A stretch of DNA of 64,000 nucleotides, from contig NW_003314376.1 in NCBI RefSeq assembly GCF_000143415.4, positions 186,001-250,000 on the forward strand, given 5' to 3'. Both the position numbers and the translations under genes were made by a program. Below the pieces are notes generated by a model. It had not been told where the DNA came from, ran no database searches, and saw only the letters and a list, made by a program, of their open reading frames with translations. This DNA comes from Selaginella moellendorffii (taxonomy: Eukaryota; Plantae; Lycopodiophyta). This document shows positions 1 to 13,400 of the stretch, piece after piece. The number at the start of each line of letters is the position of its first letter. Positions within the stretch are counted from its first letter, which is position 1.

Positions 1-1422
1 CCCAAGACCGACACCCAAAGGTACCACTGACATCTCGGCCCGTTACGCTAAGGCCATGCCCATTCACCTTTGCTGCACTAGTGGTTCAATACCACTTGCA
101 TCACCATCCCGTCTCTCCAAGACTGGGCTATCGGTCCACAAGTGGTCATCCTAGATCCACTCCTTAGCATCCTTAGGATGCCCACAGACCTGGGGAATCG
201 CCTTCCCCAAAGTCCCTTTGTCAATTCCTACCAAGTCCCTTTTTGCCCCTGGCCGTGTTTGCCAACACTGCCACTGGATCGAGGCCCACAGGCCCGACCA
301 CTAAGTCCCATGGTCCTCTGGGACTTCCTCACCACACGACTGTGTCCTTGGTCACTACCCCAGAGGACTGCTCCTCTTCCTTTCCACAGTCTAGGCCTTT
401 GGGACAACATTTCGGAACACCGTGGCCTTACGCGAGCCACCTGGGTACTCTCCCCGCCTTTCGCCTTTAGGTGCTTTAGCCATGGGCTTAGAGCGAGGTT
501 CCGTTGAGCCACACCTGGTATCCAAGTAGGTAGTGCCACCCACACTTGGACTGGGAGCATCGGCCAGTCGATCTCCCGGGGGAACTAGAGCCGGCTCTTG
601 AACACTTCACCAAGCTACCCCGCTTGTCGGTCCATGTTCACTCTAGTCTTGGACTTCCCAGTGGGCATCTCATCACCCAACACTGGGTCCGGCCTTCCTG
701 GGCCAAACTGGCCTTTCCTAGCCAAACTGGCTCCACTGCAGTCCTCCCCCTACTATACTTTTGGAGCTCACCAAACCCCCCAGGGTCTGGGAGACGAACG
801 CTTTGGGCTTTCACCCTCTCAGGCTCCAGACTCGGACTCGGACTCGGACTCGGACTCGGATTCGGACTCGGACTCGGGCTCGGGCTCGGTCTTGGCCTCG
901 GCCTCGGCCTCGGTCTCGGTCCCGATCTCGGTCTCGGTCTCGGTCTCGGTCCCGGTCTCGGTTCCGGTCTTGGTCTCGACTTCGGACTCCATCTCGGACT
1001 CCATCTCGGACTCCATCTCGGGTCCATCTCGGACTCCACTTTGGACTCCAACTCGGGTCCATCTCGGGTCCACCTCGGACTTCATCTCGGACTCCATCTC
1101 AGACTCCATCTCGGGTCCATCTCGGACTCCATCTCGGACTCCATTTCGAGTCCATCTCGGACACTCCCACGTGTCATGTGTTGGTCCTTTTGGGTCCCTT
1201 TTTGGAGCCTTGCCTTTTGCTCGCTTCGTGCTCGTTCCTTGAGCACTTCGTTGGGAGTTCCACTCCCGCTCTTGACTTTTCAAGTCGGAGCTTTTGGTCC
1301 AAACGTGTTACGCTCGTTTGGCTCTCGCTTCGGCCACTACCATGTGGCGCCCTTCCGGCTCCACTTTGGGGCCTAGGGATTTTGTGTCTCACAGATAAAG
1401 GGTAAAAACTACGTGCGCTACA
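1..1422 (+). mobile_element. 3' part of a long LTR (5' LTR of a degenerate Ty3/gypsy element), start outside window
   Basis: Ends ...gataaagggtaaaaactacgtgcgctaCA directly before a PBS; the same terminal motif gataaagggtaaaaac...taca ends the LTR at 9309-10183. Confidence 0.65.
829..1165. repeat. Tandem array of 6-mers (ctcgga/ctcggc/ctcggt) grading into 12-mers (ctccatctcgga) inside the LTR
   Basis: Directly visible; generates the spurious GL/SD/RP-repeat ORFs in all frames. Confidence 0.95.
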
Positions 1423-4400
1423 TTTGGTATTAGAGGATACGTCTCAGCGAGTCCTATACAATGAGATTGGGCAACTAGTCTCGTTGCATACGCAGCAATG
1501 AAAATGATGATCCGAGTGGGTACACGTTTTGGTGCAAAGGCTTCGCAATTGTTCCTTGGGTATGAAATTTGGTTACCTTTTTGCTCCATATTATGTGAGC
1601 TTGCTCTTGGGCTCATAGGGTGGACTGAGTTGTTCCATTTACACGAGTTTGTGCTTGGGCTCGTGAGTGAGGCACATTAGCAACTCAAAATTATACTTTG
1701 AGTTGGCAAGATTAATGTAAGCCGATCGATAGTTCTTGTGGTTCTGTAAGTTGTTCCATGTACCATGGGTGAAAGCAAACCTCATTGGGTTTGCTATGAG
1801 TGGCAAATAGGCTGGTCCATAGCTGTTTAGCACGGCACTAGTGGATCCTTCCTAAGCATGATTATGAATGGATCAATCAAGACTGTAGGGATTAGTCTAT
1901 TGATTCAGGTAATCATTATTGTGCTCTCTCATAAACTTTTCTTGGATTGGACTAAAGGCAGTGTGAAAGCAAGCTTGAGGTTTAGTCAAAGATGAGGCCA
2001 AAAAGAGAGTCGTCAAGGACGAAGGATTAAACACGTAAATCATCTTCTTTTCTTGGAGGGATGATTTGCAACGAAGTGTAACTCATTGCTCGTGTTCACA
2101 TCATGCAATCAAGAATCCTATCTTGATGCATGTTGGAAATGATGGTCTTACAAGTGGTCAGTTATGGGATGGATAGCGGTGAAGCGCTATACCATTTTGT
2201 CTAGGCTTGCTATTGGAAGACTTGGGTTACAATGCTCAATTCTTTTCTGGGGAACCTTGCTATTGCTCCTTGAGTAGCTTGGTGTTAGATTAGTTTTGAG
2301 TTTGATTGGAAAGACAGTGGCATGAGTTTGTCCGTGTTGTGAACAAAAGTTAGTGGTCTTCAGTGTTGTAATCTCTATTGGTGGAGTGTGGCATTTTTGT
2401 TGCATTTTGTCGAATTGAGTTGGCACTTGATGGTCACATGAACTTTTGAAGTAATGATATGGACATTGCTCATAGTGTTGCTTGATTGATGATCAAGTCA
2501 TTGTGATTTATATCATATCCATGTGATAATGAGCAATGTGTTTATGAAGTTGCTTGAGTAAATGATGATCAACCCCAAAGTGGTTGATGGTGAAGCTAGT
2601 CTACTTGCACGAAGTAGCATTGTAGTAGCTTTGACTGGATTCTCGATAGTGATCCATGGTGCTAAACTTAAGTTGGTACTTTGTTTCCTTGAGTTTGCCC
2701 ATTAAGGTGTTGGAAAATAGCATACATTTGCTATAACTTGTTGGTTGATCTGTTAACACTTGGAGTAAATTGTTGGATAAAGAAGGTGTGTGGTTGAGGC
2801 ATTAACATCACTAGCACTAGTGTTGGTGGAAGTGGCATTGTTATTTTGAGTGATGAAATTTTTTCCTTAAACCTTGATTTTCCATGTTATTTTTTTTGTT
2901 AGTGTTTTGGCTTCATATTGGATCTTGAAGGTGGTTGAAGAAGAATGTTAATGCAAAGGTGGATATCCAAAGATGTGGTCTTCGTGATCAAACCTTGGAT
3001 GTTCATTTTGCAGTTTTGCAGATGTCGGTGTTGGATTTGGAAGATGGGCAAAGATGTTCAATACTTAAGTATATTGATGGATCATGAGAATTTGTGTCGA
3101 GATGAACTTATGTGAAGTTGTTTGTAGGAAGAAGTTGGTCGAGTCTTGGAAGTTTGCAATCCTAGATTAAGAGTCATTCTTTCTCTAGGATGGAAAATTT
3201 TCCACAAATTTTCTTAGGCTTTTCCAATGATTGATCTATTGATCACTTTGCTCGAAAACCATTCCATTTTCGAAAGCCAGTACAAACTAGTGAAGGGGTT
3301 GAAGTTGACTTCGGTTGGCTTAGACTTTAGTAAGTAGTTTGTATGATGTAGCCCAAAAGGGATGCTGACTTTTGGGGCTAAGGCAATTGAGTTGGATAAA
3401 GTTTGGAGTTGGTGTGGAAAAGTGGCTGATACGCTTTTCTAAGAAGGGTGACCCTTATGCCCTTCTTTTATAGTGTTTTGCTTGGTGGCAGGTTGCACCT
3501 TGCATTTCGCTAAGACTCTATGAGAGTAGTGAGCTCTCAATGATCTTGACTTAGTCTTGGTGGCCCTGCTCCTTGGCTGAAGATGGTGATGTCTAACTTG
3601 GTTGTTTAAGGTTAAGATGTTGGTACCCGTACTATAGCTTTGTCTATGAGGAGGTTGTGTACTGATATGAGTCCATCTCATAGTCTTCACTTTAGTTTCG
3701 ACTGAGTGTTGATCACATAGCTAGCCTCTTCAAGGCATGCTTAGAGCTATTGACTAAATGCATTTATGAGCTTATTGCGGTTGAGTTGGATTTGAGTGGT
3801 CATTTAGTTTGTGCTTGTCTATGAACTTTTATCTCGTACCTGGGGTATTGTGTTCATGTTAGACAAGTATGTGACTCGATGACATGAGTTAGTGTTTGGG
3901 TCTTGTGAAGGTAAGTTGAAGGGTGATTGTTAGTTGCTTTGCGACTAATGATTACTTGTAGACTTTGTCAAAAGACTGTTGATACTTTCTTCGCTCGATG
4001 ATGATTTAGTAGTGATGGGCTTGTTTTACCGGATGATGTTGTGGAGGATCGTGTCGTTAGATTTACATGGTTTTTCCATGTTGACATGTCGACTCTACCT
4101 CTGTTGATATCATTTGGTTACATCTAGTCCGTAGTGTTAGATTTCATTGAGTCTTGGACGTGGTGAATCACTCCATGATGATATGTTCTCTATTATTGAG
4201 TATTGTTGGAGGATTGATCTCGGATACTAAGTAAAGTATCTTTGACCTTGGTTAGCTTAGTTGCTAGGAAGTTTTGAGTGGTGATTCACTCGTGCTTTCT
4301 TCTAGCTTTGTTATAGTGTTGATGGCATTGAAGTGATGCCTTGTCATTGACATTGTTGGTATTGGGATTCAAGTGAAATGAGATGTCTCTCTGTAGGATT

Positions 4401-4464
4401 GATATTGCATTTCATTAGTCTCGATGCAAATAGCATTGATGATTTGGCTTTAGCTTTATGTTGT
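1423..4464 (+). pseudogene. Heavily degenerate gag-pol of a Ty3/gypsy retrotransposon, cut at its 3' end by the TIR transposon
   Basis: No long ORF, but relic motifs in gypsy order: RT-like (DKEGVW.., DL.GG ~2775-2935), RNase H-like (DFSK.FV ~3325), integrase-like (VD..SK, RLHG ~3960-4075). Confidence 0.55.
1425..1435 (+). promoter_or_regulatory. Primer binding site, tRNA-iMet type (degenerate)
   Basis: TGGTATTAGAG 2 nt after the LTR CA; canonical plant iMet PBS is TGGTATCAGAGC. Confidence 0.75.
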
Positions 4465-4906
4465 AAGCTCTATTTCGTTAAAGTGGGAATTGTCATTATC
4501 CCACTTGTAAAATAAGGTTTCCAAACCTTTATATAGTATATAAATATAACAAAATTCAACTGCATTGAGGCACATGCCATTTTATTTTAAACAAGGAAAT
4601 GTCTACTCAATCACTTCTCCTCCCCTTGCCACTGCTTCACCTCTCTCTTCTCCTTGTCATCGTCGTCCAATTTCTTTCCATCCTTTTAATATTGGCTCAG
4701 TTGCTCCGAGTCTAGGTGGAGCCCAAGTCCCCATTCAATCTTTACTTTCCCTTTATTAATAAAACAACTTCGTAGACTTCCAATAACATGCTGTAACACT
4801 TTTAGTATAATGCAAATCCTCTTAAAGAATTGTCTTTTAATATTAATACAATGGCATAGAACCCCATGCCATAATAAGTTACATTTTTAAATAAATACAT
4901 GCCATC

Positions 4907-6116
4907 TCAGACTGTTATTTTTTGCCTCCAACGCCTATACAATAATCTTGGAATTTCATCACTCTCCACACTATCAGGATTTAAACCCAATAGTAATGCC
5001 ATCTCTTCTCTAATACGTCCACGCTCATGTTCAGTGGTCAAGTCTGGAAACCTCGTCTCGCCCTTCATTGTTCGGTAGTAGGGGATCACGTCTGCGATGT
5101 CGGGTGTTACTGGACTTGCCAGCATCTTCTGCTTCAGTTTCTCCACCCACTCATCAGATACTAGCCTGTGGTTGTATTTGCTTTGGATGTCGATACGGCT
5201 CTTGTCGATTGTATATACTTTGTTGGAATAGTAACAAGTACTATTATCTGCGACGATTTTTGCTCTTTCTGCTCTTTGCGGCTCTTCTTTTTGGTGGGTG
5301 TAGTGTTTGAACCCGAGGCAATGGCATCACCGAGTAGCTTCTTTTTTGGAGCAAGAGAGTCGGACGTTGGCTTGAGCTTGACCACCCTTTTCTGCTTCGG
5401 GGTAGTTTCCAGATCGACCCCCTTTTCCTTCGCTTCGCGAACTGGAGGCACTCTCAACGGCTCAATGTTGGAATATAGTTTTTGAACATCGCCGTAGGTG
5501 AGGTCCGTGGATTCCATGTGATCTTCATAGACCCGCAACGTCTTTGAAATTGTGGGCCTCCTGGACAACCTCTCCCTAGCTCCCTCTAGGAATTCCTCAT
5601 AGCCGCTGCCCCCCTCCGGGAAGCCGCTAGGATGTGCAAGGTGGATCTTGAAGGCGGACGCTGTCTCTACCACAAGTGCTAGTCCATATTCTTGCATGGA
5701 ACTGCATGGAGTGTCTGTCACTTGGATGAGGATCCCCATGCATTCTTTTCTCCCACCATCTGTGTTGTACAGCCTCAGATCCTCGCCTTCCATCCCAAAA
5801 GTCCAACTGGTGAGCTCCTCCCCCTTCTCTGCATCCACATTGACAGTGGCTGGAAGAAGAACGCAATTCCTCGCCTGTTAAAAAATGCACAACAATTAGA
5901 GCTGACAGATGAAAAGCTAACAGCTGAAAATAACGTGAGGCCACACGCCATTCACCACTGCATCAGATGTCTTGAGGCTGCATCCTAAGATGGCGTGAGG
6001 CTACACGCCATCTATAACCGGACTGCACTCGAGAGCCCAATCGGTGCATGCCAATGTTGCTACTGAATGGCATGTGGCCTCATGCCATTTTCTACTTGGC
6101 CTAAAAGACTTACCAT
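4907..6116 (-). pseudogene. Transposon accessory ORF2, copy 1 (frameshifted)
   Basis: Inferred ATG|gtaagt at 6114-6116, acceptor at 5875, exon 5874-4907; ORFs 5161-5838 and 4907-5146 are split by a 13-bp deletion near 5260 relative to copy 2. Confidence 0.6.
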
Positions 6117-6793
6117 TTGAAGCCGAATGGAGGCGTGACAATCGAGGCCAGACTCGCTAGCGAATGTGCACTGTGTGTACAGCGGATCGTAGCAGCAAGG
6201 CTACTCTGCCACTTACAGTTGGAGAGTGGCGCTGAAATCTCCTGGGACGCCAAGTGGGCTGCGTGTGGGTGGCATAGTGGGTGGCAGAGTTGGCGGCGAA
6301 GTTACAAACTGGGTGTGTTTTGAAGTGGACGCCGATGCACACGAGCGCGATGCGAGCGCGAGTGTGATGCCAGCGCGAGTGGACGCCGATGCATACGAGA
6401 AACCTGTAGAGAAGGTAGATGAGCGCGAATGTGAGCGTGATCGCGAGTGGGAGCGCGATGCGAGCACGAGTGTGCGAGCGCGAGTACGAAGCAAAATGCA
6501 AAACCTAACCTCACACGCGCGAAATGTCATGACAGTTGGTAATCCCGCAACGTCATCATTCCTCGGACTTGGGCGCCACCATTAATTTCTGGATCGCCGT
6601 GCGCATGCATGCACGTGAAATCCAAAAGAAATCCGCAACGTCATCATTCCTCGGACTGCATGCACGCGAAATCCAAAAGAAAGATCATGATTGGGATATC
6701 ATTTAATACCCTCGCTATATTTATACCATGCATGATTGGATATTCCAAAGCATCTTGTATTTCCAAAAATGCCAAATGTTCAGCTAAATAAAG

Positions 6794-8715
6794 AATGGTA
6801 TACAATGTCCTTCTTGATGACCCTGCAAAGAAGCATCTCGATCGGACACCACATGAGACCACACGAGCCTTACAATGTTTCAGGGGCATTTGCCATAGAT
6901 CCGACCGTTATTTTGCTCCAAGATTCTACAGTTTGGTGTGCATTGATCTTTCCATCGACACTGCAAAGGGACATCACAATCAGATGCGGGATCACAAGAA
7001 ACCAACTTCACTAACTCTGGTTTCACCAAGATCTATGTAAGGAGTTATGAAATGAAAGAACCCTCTCTATTGAAATGTGTTTATGGTCCTGACATATCAA
7101 AGGATTTTGCATCAAGTTCTGTATTTGCATGTTTATCAAGCTACTGAATTGCTAAACCCTAAACCCTAAACATGTGGCAAATGCTGCGTGAAGAAAGATG
7201 CCCTTTCTGGGCAAATGCTGTAAGAGGCAGATGCCGAGCAGTTACACGGCGAATAATCTTGGCGCGGATCGCTGACATGGCATGGCAAAGTTCGAATCAC
7301 TAACATGGCACAGCTGGATCGAGGCAAGGACATGATGTGACAAAGTTCAACGTCCGACAGCAAAGTCTAGAAGCTACTCAGTTTGAAATTTGTCAGAGGA
7401 ATTATAAGATCTGGTTTGTCAGAGGATTTGATGTGATGTTCAAGCGTGTGGGCTCATGCAATTTTGATCCCAAAAAATGCACCAAAAAATGCTCGGCGTC
7501 ATCTGGCGTTATCTCTTGAATGGCGTGGGGCCGCATGCCATTTTCAGGGGCACATAGGAGTATATTCCTAGAATATTCTAACACGCGCGAGATTTTTTTG
7601 AGTTTTCTGGAGATCCAACCGTTAGATCGCAACTAGATTTTACAGAATGGTATACAATGTCTTTCTTGATGACCCTGCAAAGAAGCATCTCAATCGAACA
7701 CCACATGAGACCACACGAGCCTTACAATGTTTCAGGGGCATTTGCCACAGATCCGACTGTTATGTTGCTCCAAGATTTTACAGTTTGGTGTGCATTGACC
7801 TTTCCATCGACACTGCAAAGGGACATCACAATCAGATGCGGGATCACAAGAAACTAACTTCACTAACTCTGGTTTCACCAAGATCTACGTAAGGAGTTAT
7901 GAAATGAAAGGACCCTCTCTATTGAAATGTGTTTATGGTCCTAGGGGCATTGTGACATATCAAAGGATTTTGCATCAAGTTCTGTATTTGCATGTTTATC
8001 AAGCTACTGAATTGCTAAACCCTAAACCCTAAACCCTAAACATGTGGCAAATGCTGCGTGAAGAAAGATGCCCTTTCTGGGCAAATGCTGTAAGATGCAG
8101 ATGCCGAGCAGATGTATCTCAGGCTAGCGAAGGGGACAAACGAAAGCTAGCTATAAACATGACGGGATGCAAATAGATTACTAGGCTGGTCCTGCGAAAA
8201 TCAAAAACCATAATTGAAAACATTGAAAATGCAAAAAGAAAGGTTTATAATATTTTTGAATTTTAAGCAACAAAAGGAATGTAAGTAGGGCATGTGTTTG
8301 TAAGTTTAAAAATGCCTCAACCACTTAAATTCCCAAGTAAATAAAGCTGTTTCTATTTTTGGTATAGGTAAACTTTATAGCGTGTGGGCTCATGCAATTT
8401 TGAACCCAAAAATGCACCAAAAAATGCTCGACTATCATTATTCTTTGAATGGCGTGTGGCCTTATATTGCCATAAATGGACGTACACGCACAGCATAATT
8501 ATTCCTTTACACGGCGAATAATCTTGGCGCGGATCGCTAACATGGCATGGCAAAGTTCGAATCACTGACATGGCACAGCTGGATCAAGGCAAGGACATGA
8601 TGTGACAAAGTTCAACCTCCGACAGCAAAGTCTAGAAGCTACTCAGTTTGAAATTTGTCAGAGGAATCATAAGATCTGGTTTGTCAGAGGATTTGATGTG
8701 ACGTTCAAGCGTGTG
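6794..8715. repeat. Internal tandem/mosaic duplication (~850 bp period) within the transposon, with (CCCTAAA)n tracts at 7152-7170 and 8015-8040
   Basis: 6794-7240 recurs at 7645-8110 and 7245-7450 recurs at 8508-8715; mirrored at 39775-41695. Confidence 0.9.
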
Positions 8716-9308
8716 TTATTTTTGAATTCTCGAACTCATTCCTAGGTCTATCATTTTTGTGTGCCGTGTTCTTGGTTCCGTTGAGCGTAGTGAGCGCTGC
8801 TTGTGTAAGCGGCGTTGTGAGCTGTGGTTTATGCGTCTACGAGCGGTTGCGGCATTGCGAGCGCCATTGCGAGCGGCAGATTATGCGAGTGGCAGTTTGT
8901 GCGAGCGGCGCTATGAGCAGTTGCGGTGTTGTGAGCGGCGCTATGAGTAGTTGCGGTGTTGCGAGCGGCACTGTCTTTGGTGTGGCTACTGCTTCCTCTT
9001 GATATTCGGCACTTGTGCTTCCTGGTATGTTCACCATGGAATGGCTTAGGACCACATTTAGAAATGGCATGAGGCCACATGCCATCTTGGGCCCTTGCAA
9101 TTTCATGGCTAGCGTATTGTCATGTATGTTTTTACTTGCCTGCAGCTGTGTGTATATCAAGATGGCATGAGGCCTCATGCCATCTTTGGCCCCTGCTAGC
9201 CTATGGCCATATTCCTTTTGCCTTGCTGCAACTGTATATATTTTGTGCTATTAGTCAAGCATACTTGACCTGGTTGGAGAAACTCATTCGTTGACTTGCA
9301 TTTGCTAG

Positions 9309-10183
9309 TGTTAGGAACCCCCACGATATTGAGCTTAGTCCCTCAATATCGCTAGATGATAACTTACTGTGTTTGCCAAACACCCTCGCTATCATGCCCT
9401 TTATGTTAGTCTCATTTCGGTCCCAAATGCTATTTATGGAAAGTGTCTAGATTTGCTCATTTGGCATATTTACGGAATGTAGAGATTGTTTTGAACACAA
9501 TGGAGTTCGTCCTGTGTCCAAATTCGCAATCTAGGAACATTCCATATTTAGTAAGTTTCGAGCTTGTCCCAGAGACTAACTCCTGATACTAAGGGAGGCT
9601 TGGGATGAAAGCCCAAAGCGTGTGTTCCTCAAGGGGGGGGGGGGCTATGGGGAGTTCCAAATGTATAGTAGGGATAGTGGGTAGGTTGGGCATGGCCGAC
9701 CAACTTGAGGCATAGTCTATTTCCCGCTTGCGTGCCTGTCCTTGTTCTGCACCCGGCTTGGGTCTAAGCCCAAGTTCCACACCATGCTAGCTGGTGGAGT
9801 ACCCATGTCCTCGCGTTAGGCCACCGGTATGCCGAAATAGCGCCAGACTCCGTTTGGCTCCGTTTTGCGTACTGGTCCTGGCATTGGGATGCTGGTTACT
9901 CTAGGTCTGTTCCAAGTCGCTCCGGGCTCCTATCCCTTTGCTCTTTGGGCTTTATGCTCGGGAGTTGCTCTATGGTTTGGTTCCGTCACTCCTTGGCTTC
10001 GTGCTTGGGAGTTTGGCACCATTCTTTTGTTCAGTGGCCCAAGGCCCTGAACCTCGAGTTCCCATGGACACATGGCATATGACACATAGCATGTGTCACG
10101 TGGCACAAAGAGGGTTTAGGTTCCGCTTTGTGGTGTTATCCTATGGTAGATCACCATAGGATAAAGGGTAAAAACCAGATACA
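9309..10183 (+). mobile_element. Solo LTR (~875 bp), related to the LTR at the window start
   Basis: TG...CA termini (tgttagg...gataca), shared 3' motif gataaagggtaaaaac; right flank resumes arm-B host sequence (agcatacccctgag = 21324); flanks gctag/agcat give no TSD. Confidence 0.7.
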
Positions 10184-10444
10184 AGCATACCCCTGAGAAT
10201 CAAAAGAGATGCATGTGGAATCCACATGATGGGTTGCTTGATGCGTACGACAGGGCACTCCTTGCAAAGCTGGCAACCATGAAGAATGTTACTAATGCAT
10301 ATAATAATAATACATATAGTAATAGTACAAACAAGAGGAGGAACAAGGCTAGTGAATTATTTTGCTTTGCAGTGTTATTCAAGATGGGTAGAAGCAATTG
10401 GTAAAACCAAGACAATATAAATCAATTGGTATGATCTTTAGTAC
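10184..10444. repeat. Fragment of segmental-duplication arm B
   Basis: Near identical to ~21324-21584 and ~34329-34589. Confidence 0.9.
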
Positions 10445-13400
10445 TGTGAGGGCCAAGTGTACGGTTATGATGCCGTATACTAATATTAGCATAGTGGGAT
10501 TTTGGTAGCCATCAGATTGGTTTTAATCTGGACCACTCGCTCTTGTATATAAGCTAAGGTTTTTGGGCTAATGGATATGCACATTTCTGTATTCCCTTTC
10601 CATATTCCAGCACTCACATTGGTGGAAATGAGGGGCACTTTTGATTGTCCCTAAGGAGTGTCGAGTTTAAGTTGCAGTTATTGCAAGTGGTGCTGAGTCA
10701 AGCTTTTGACCTCATTCTTGGTATGGATTGGTTGCAGCACAATCATGCTAAGTGTGATTTTGAAGCTTCTCCACCTTGTCTCATACTTCCTTATGTTTCA
10801 TCCATTCCTCTCACTTCTGTACCTCTTTTTCCCTTTACTTCTACCTCTACTTCCATTACTTTTGTTTCCACACTATTTCCTCCTATGTTTCCATCTTGTT
10901 TTGCTCTTCCCTTTTCTGATCCCTCCGACGATCTTTGTGTTGCAACGGTGGACTGGCTCATGAAGGAGTATTCTGATCTCTTTGAATTTGACTTATCATC
11001 TAGGGCCAAGATTGCCACACGTCATCCAATTCCAACCAGGGATGCTCGTCCAATCAAGGTTCCCGTTCATCGTCGATCACCCAAGGAGATCAAGATTTTA
11101 CATGCAAATGTCAAGGAGATGTTGGAGAAGGGTGTTATTCGGAAGTCGTGGAGTCCTTGGGCATATGAACCTCATCTTGTGACGAAGCCTGATGGGAGTA
11201 TTCGTTTCTACATCGACTATCTTCCATTAAACGAAGTGACAATCCCAAATGTGTATCCTCTTCCTTACACTGCTAATCTCTTGGATCGTCTGGGGTGAAG
11301 TCGTTAGTTCACCAAGCTAGATCTTGCTTCTGGGTACTAGCAAGTACCGATGGCCAAAGAAGATATTCCTAAGACTGATTTTCATACACCATTTGGTTTG
11401 TACGAGTTCTTGGTGATGCCATTTGGTTTGAACAATGCTCCAACAACCTTCTAGTAGATGATGGACGAGGTTCTTTGTGATATGCCGGAGGTGACTGCTG
11501 ACTTCATTGATGATGTCTTGTTCCACTCGGAGGGGACGTAGGAGGAACACGTTCTTGATATTTGTAAAGTGTTGGATCGGCTACGCGATATTGGTTTAAA
11601 GCTGAAGCGGACAAAGTGCGTGTTTGGGTCCAAGGATACAACTTATCTTGGGTACTATATTTCTTGTGAGGGTTTGCAAGTTGATCCTGACAAACTTGTG
11701 GCTGTTCTAAAGTTCCCTACTCCGAAGTGTGTGAATGATGTGTAGCGCTTCTTGGACAAGGTGCAGTATCTTGGTCGTTTTGTGGATCATCTTTCTGATC
11801 GCACAACACCGTTGCAAGCATTGCTGAAGTCGTCAACATCATCTTTCATCTGGTTTTTGGATTATGAGCGGGCATTCAAGGATCTTAAAGAGCTATTGAT
11901 GACTCCTCTAGTTTTGGCATATCTTGACTACACTTGACCTTTTATTTTGCGCGTGGATGCTTCTGACATTGGTCTTGGAGGTGTGTTGATGCAAGAAAGC
12001 TCGAGTGTGCTTGGTCAATGCCATCCCATTGTGTATATAAGCCGTACATTACAACCAGCGGGAACTACTCCACGACAGAGAAGGAGTGTTTAGCAGCAGT
12101 TTGGGGTTTCGAGAAACTTCATGCATATCTACATGGTTCTTGGACATTACTTGAAGCTGATCATGCTACTATTACTTCATTATTGAAGTGGAAGAACCTG
12201 GTTGGTCGTATTGCTCGATGGGCTTTGAAGCTTCAGATATATGATTTTGATGTTGTTCATCACCCAGAGAGTTCTTTGGCTGATGCTGATGCCCTTTCTT
12301 GAGCTCCTCTTCCTTCTCCATTCTCTTCTCATATTTCTGACAAGCCTGTTGTTCCAGCCTCTATGGATTTTATAGACGAGGATTCTGTGCCGTCAGCGGT
12401 TGCTGTACTTGATGTTCAGTGTCCACAAGGCACAGAGCAAGATCTACCTTCTCTTGATGAGGTTCGCGAGGCTCAAAAGCTTGAGCTGTGGATTCGAAGG
12501 CTTCGAGATGGGTTTAAGAATCCTGCATCACTTGCTGATAACTTGCCTTTCCGGCATTTACATTCTCAATATCGCCTCGAAGACAGCTTTCTTTATTTTG
12601 TGGGGACGGATCCTAATGATCATTTATGACTGGTGGTGCCTTCTATCTTTATTCTGCGGTTTCTCCATACCTACCATGATTCTCTTGTTCTGGGTGGGCA
12701 TATGGGATAGTGTAATTGAGAAGCTGTGCAGGTCTTTCTATTGGCCGAAGATGCGACGTTATATTATCTGGTATGTGCGTAGCTGCGTTTGATGCCAAGC
12801 TCGTAATACTCCCCCTCGGGCTATATAAGGATGGTTGGAGTCAATTGTAGTTTCCTGTCCATTTGAGTTTGTGGCATTTGATCTTATGGGACCTTTTCCA
12901 CGGTCGACTGTTGGCAATGAGTATGTTATTATTGTTTTTGACTACTTGATTCGTTGGGTGGAAGTTAGTGCTCTTGCTAGTGCCTCTGCAACTACTGTTG
13001 GATACTTCCTTCTCAATCAAGTGGTGTTCCAGCATTCTTGTTTAGAGCGGATTCTTTTAGATAATGGGCCCGCATTTATGGTTGAGACATTTCATGTTTT
13101 GACGTCTCGGCTGGGGATATGCCACACTTTCACGAGTCCTTATCATCCACAATCAAACGGTCTAGTGGAACGGCTCGTTCAGAAATTCAAGGGTATGATT
13201 GCGAAGTATATAAACTTTCAGCATTCAGATTGGGATGGTTATTTGCCGTCTCTTCGGTATGCATATGTCACAGGGGTGCAAAGTTTTATTGGTGCTTTAC
13301 CATATAAACTTTTATATAGTCATGATCCAATATTACCAACGGAGCTGGGTTTACCTTTGCGATTACCACCAGCTGCGGATGCTAGGTCGTGGGATCAGTA

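Larger units (their letters stand above)
4465..9300 (-). mobile_element. TIR DNA transposon, copy 1 (inverted, truncated copy of 37746-44003; lacks transposase end)
   Basis: Begins with the TIR aagctctatttcgttaaagtggga; colinear reverse complement of 39305-44003 up to ~9182. Confidence 0.85.

Noticed and set aside
546-1405. Several 137-276 aa ORFs with GL, SD, RP or TE repeats
   Set aside because: Stop-free by-products of the 6/12-mer tandem array inside an LTR
5931-6090. Palindromic repeats with intervening unique sequence as a CRISPR-like array
   Set aside because: Spacing is irregular (tens to >1000 bp), context is eukaryotic and there are no cas genes
6795-7040. 81-aa ORF MVYNVLLDDPAKK... 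present four times
   Set aside because: Part of the transposon's internal duplication; exon-like borders but no recognisable domain, so no product assigned
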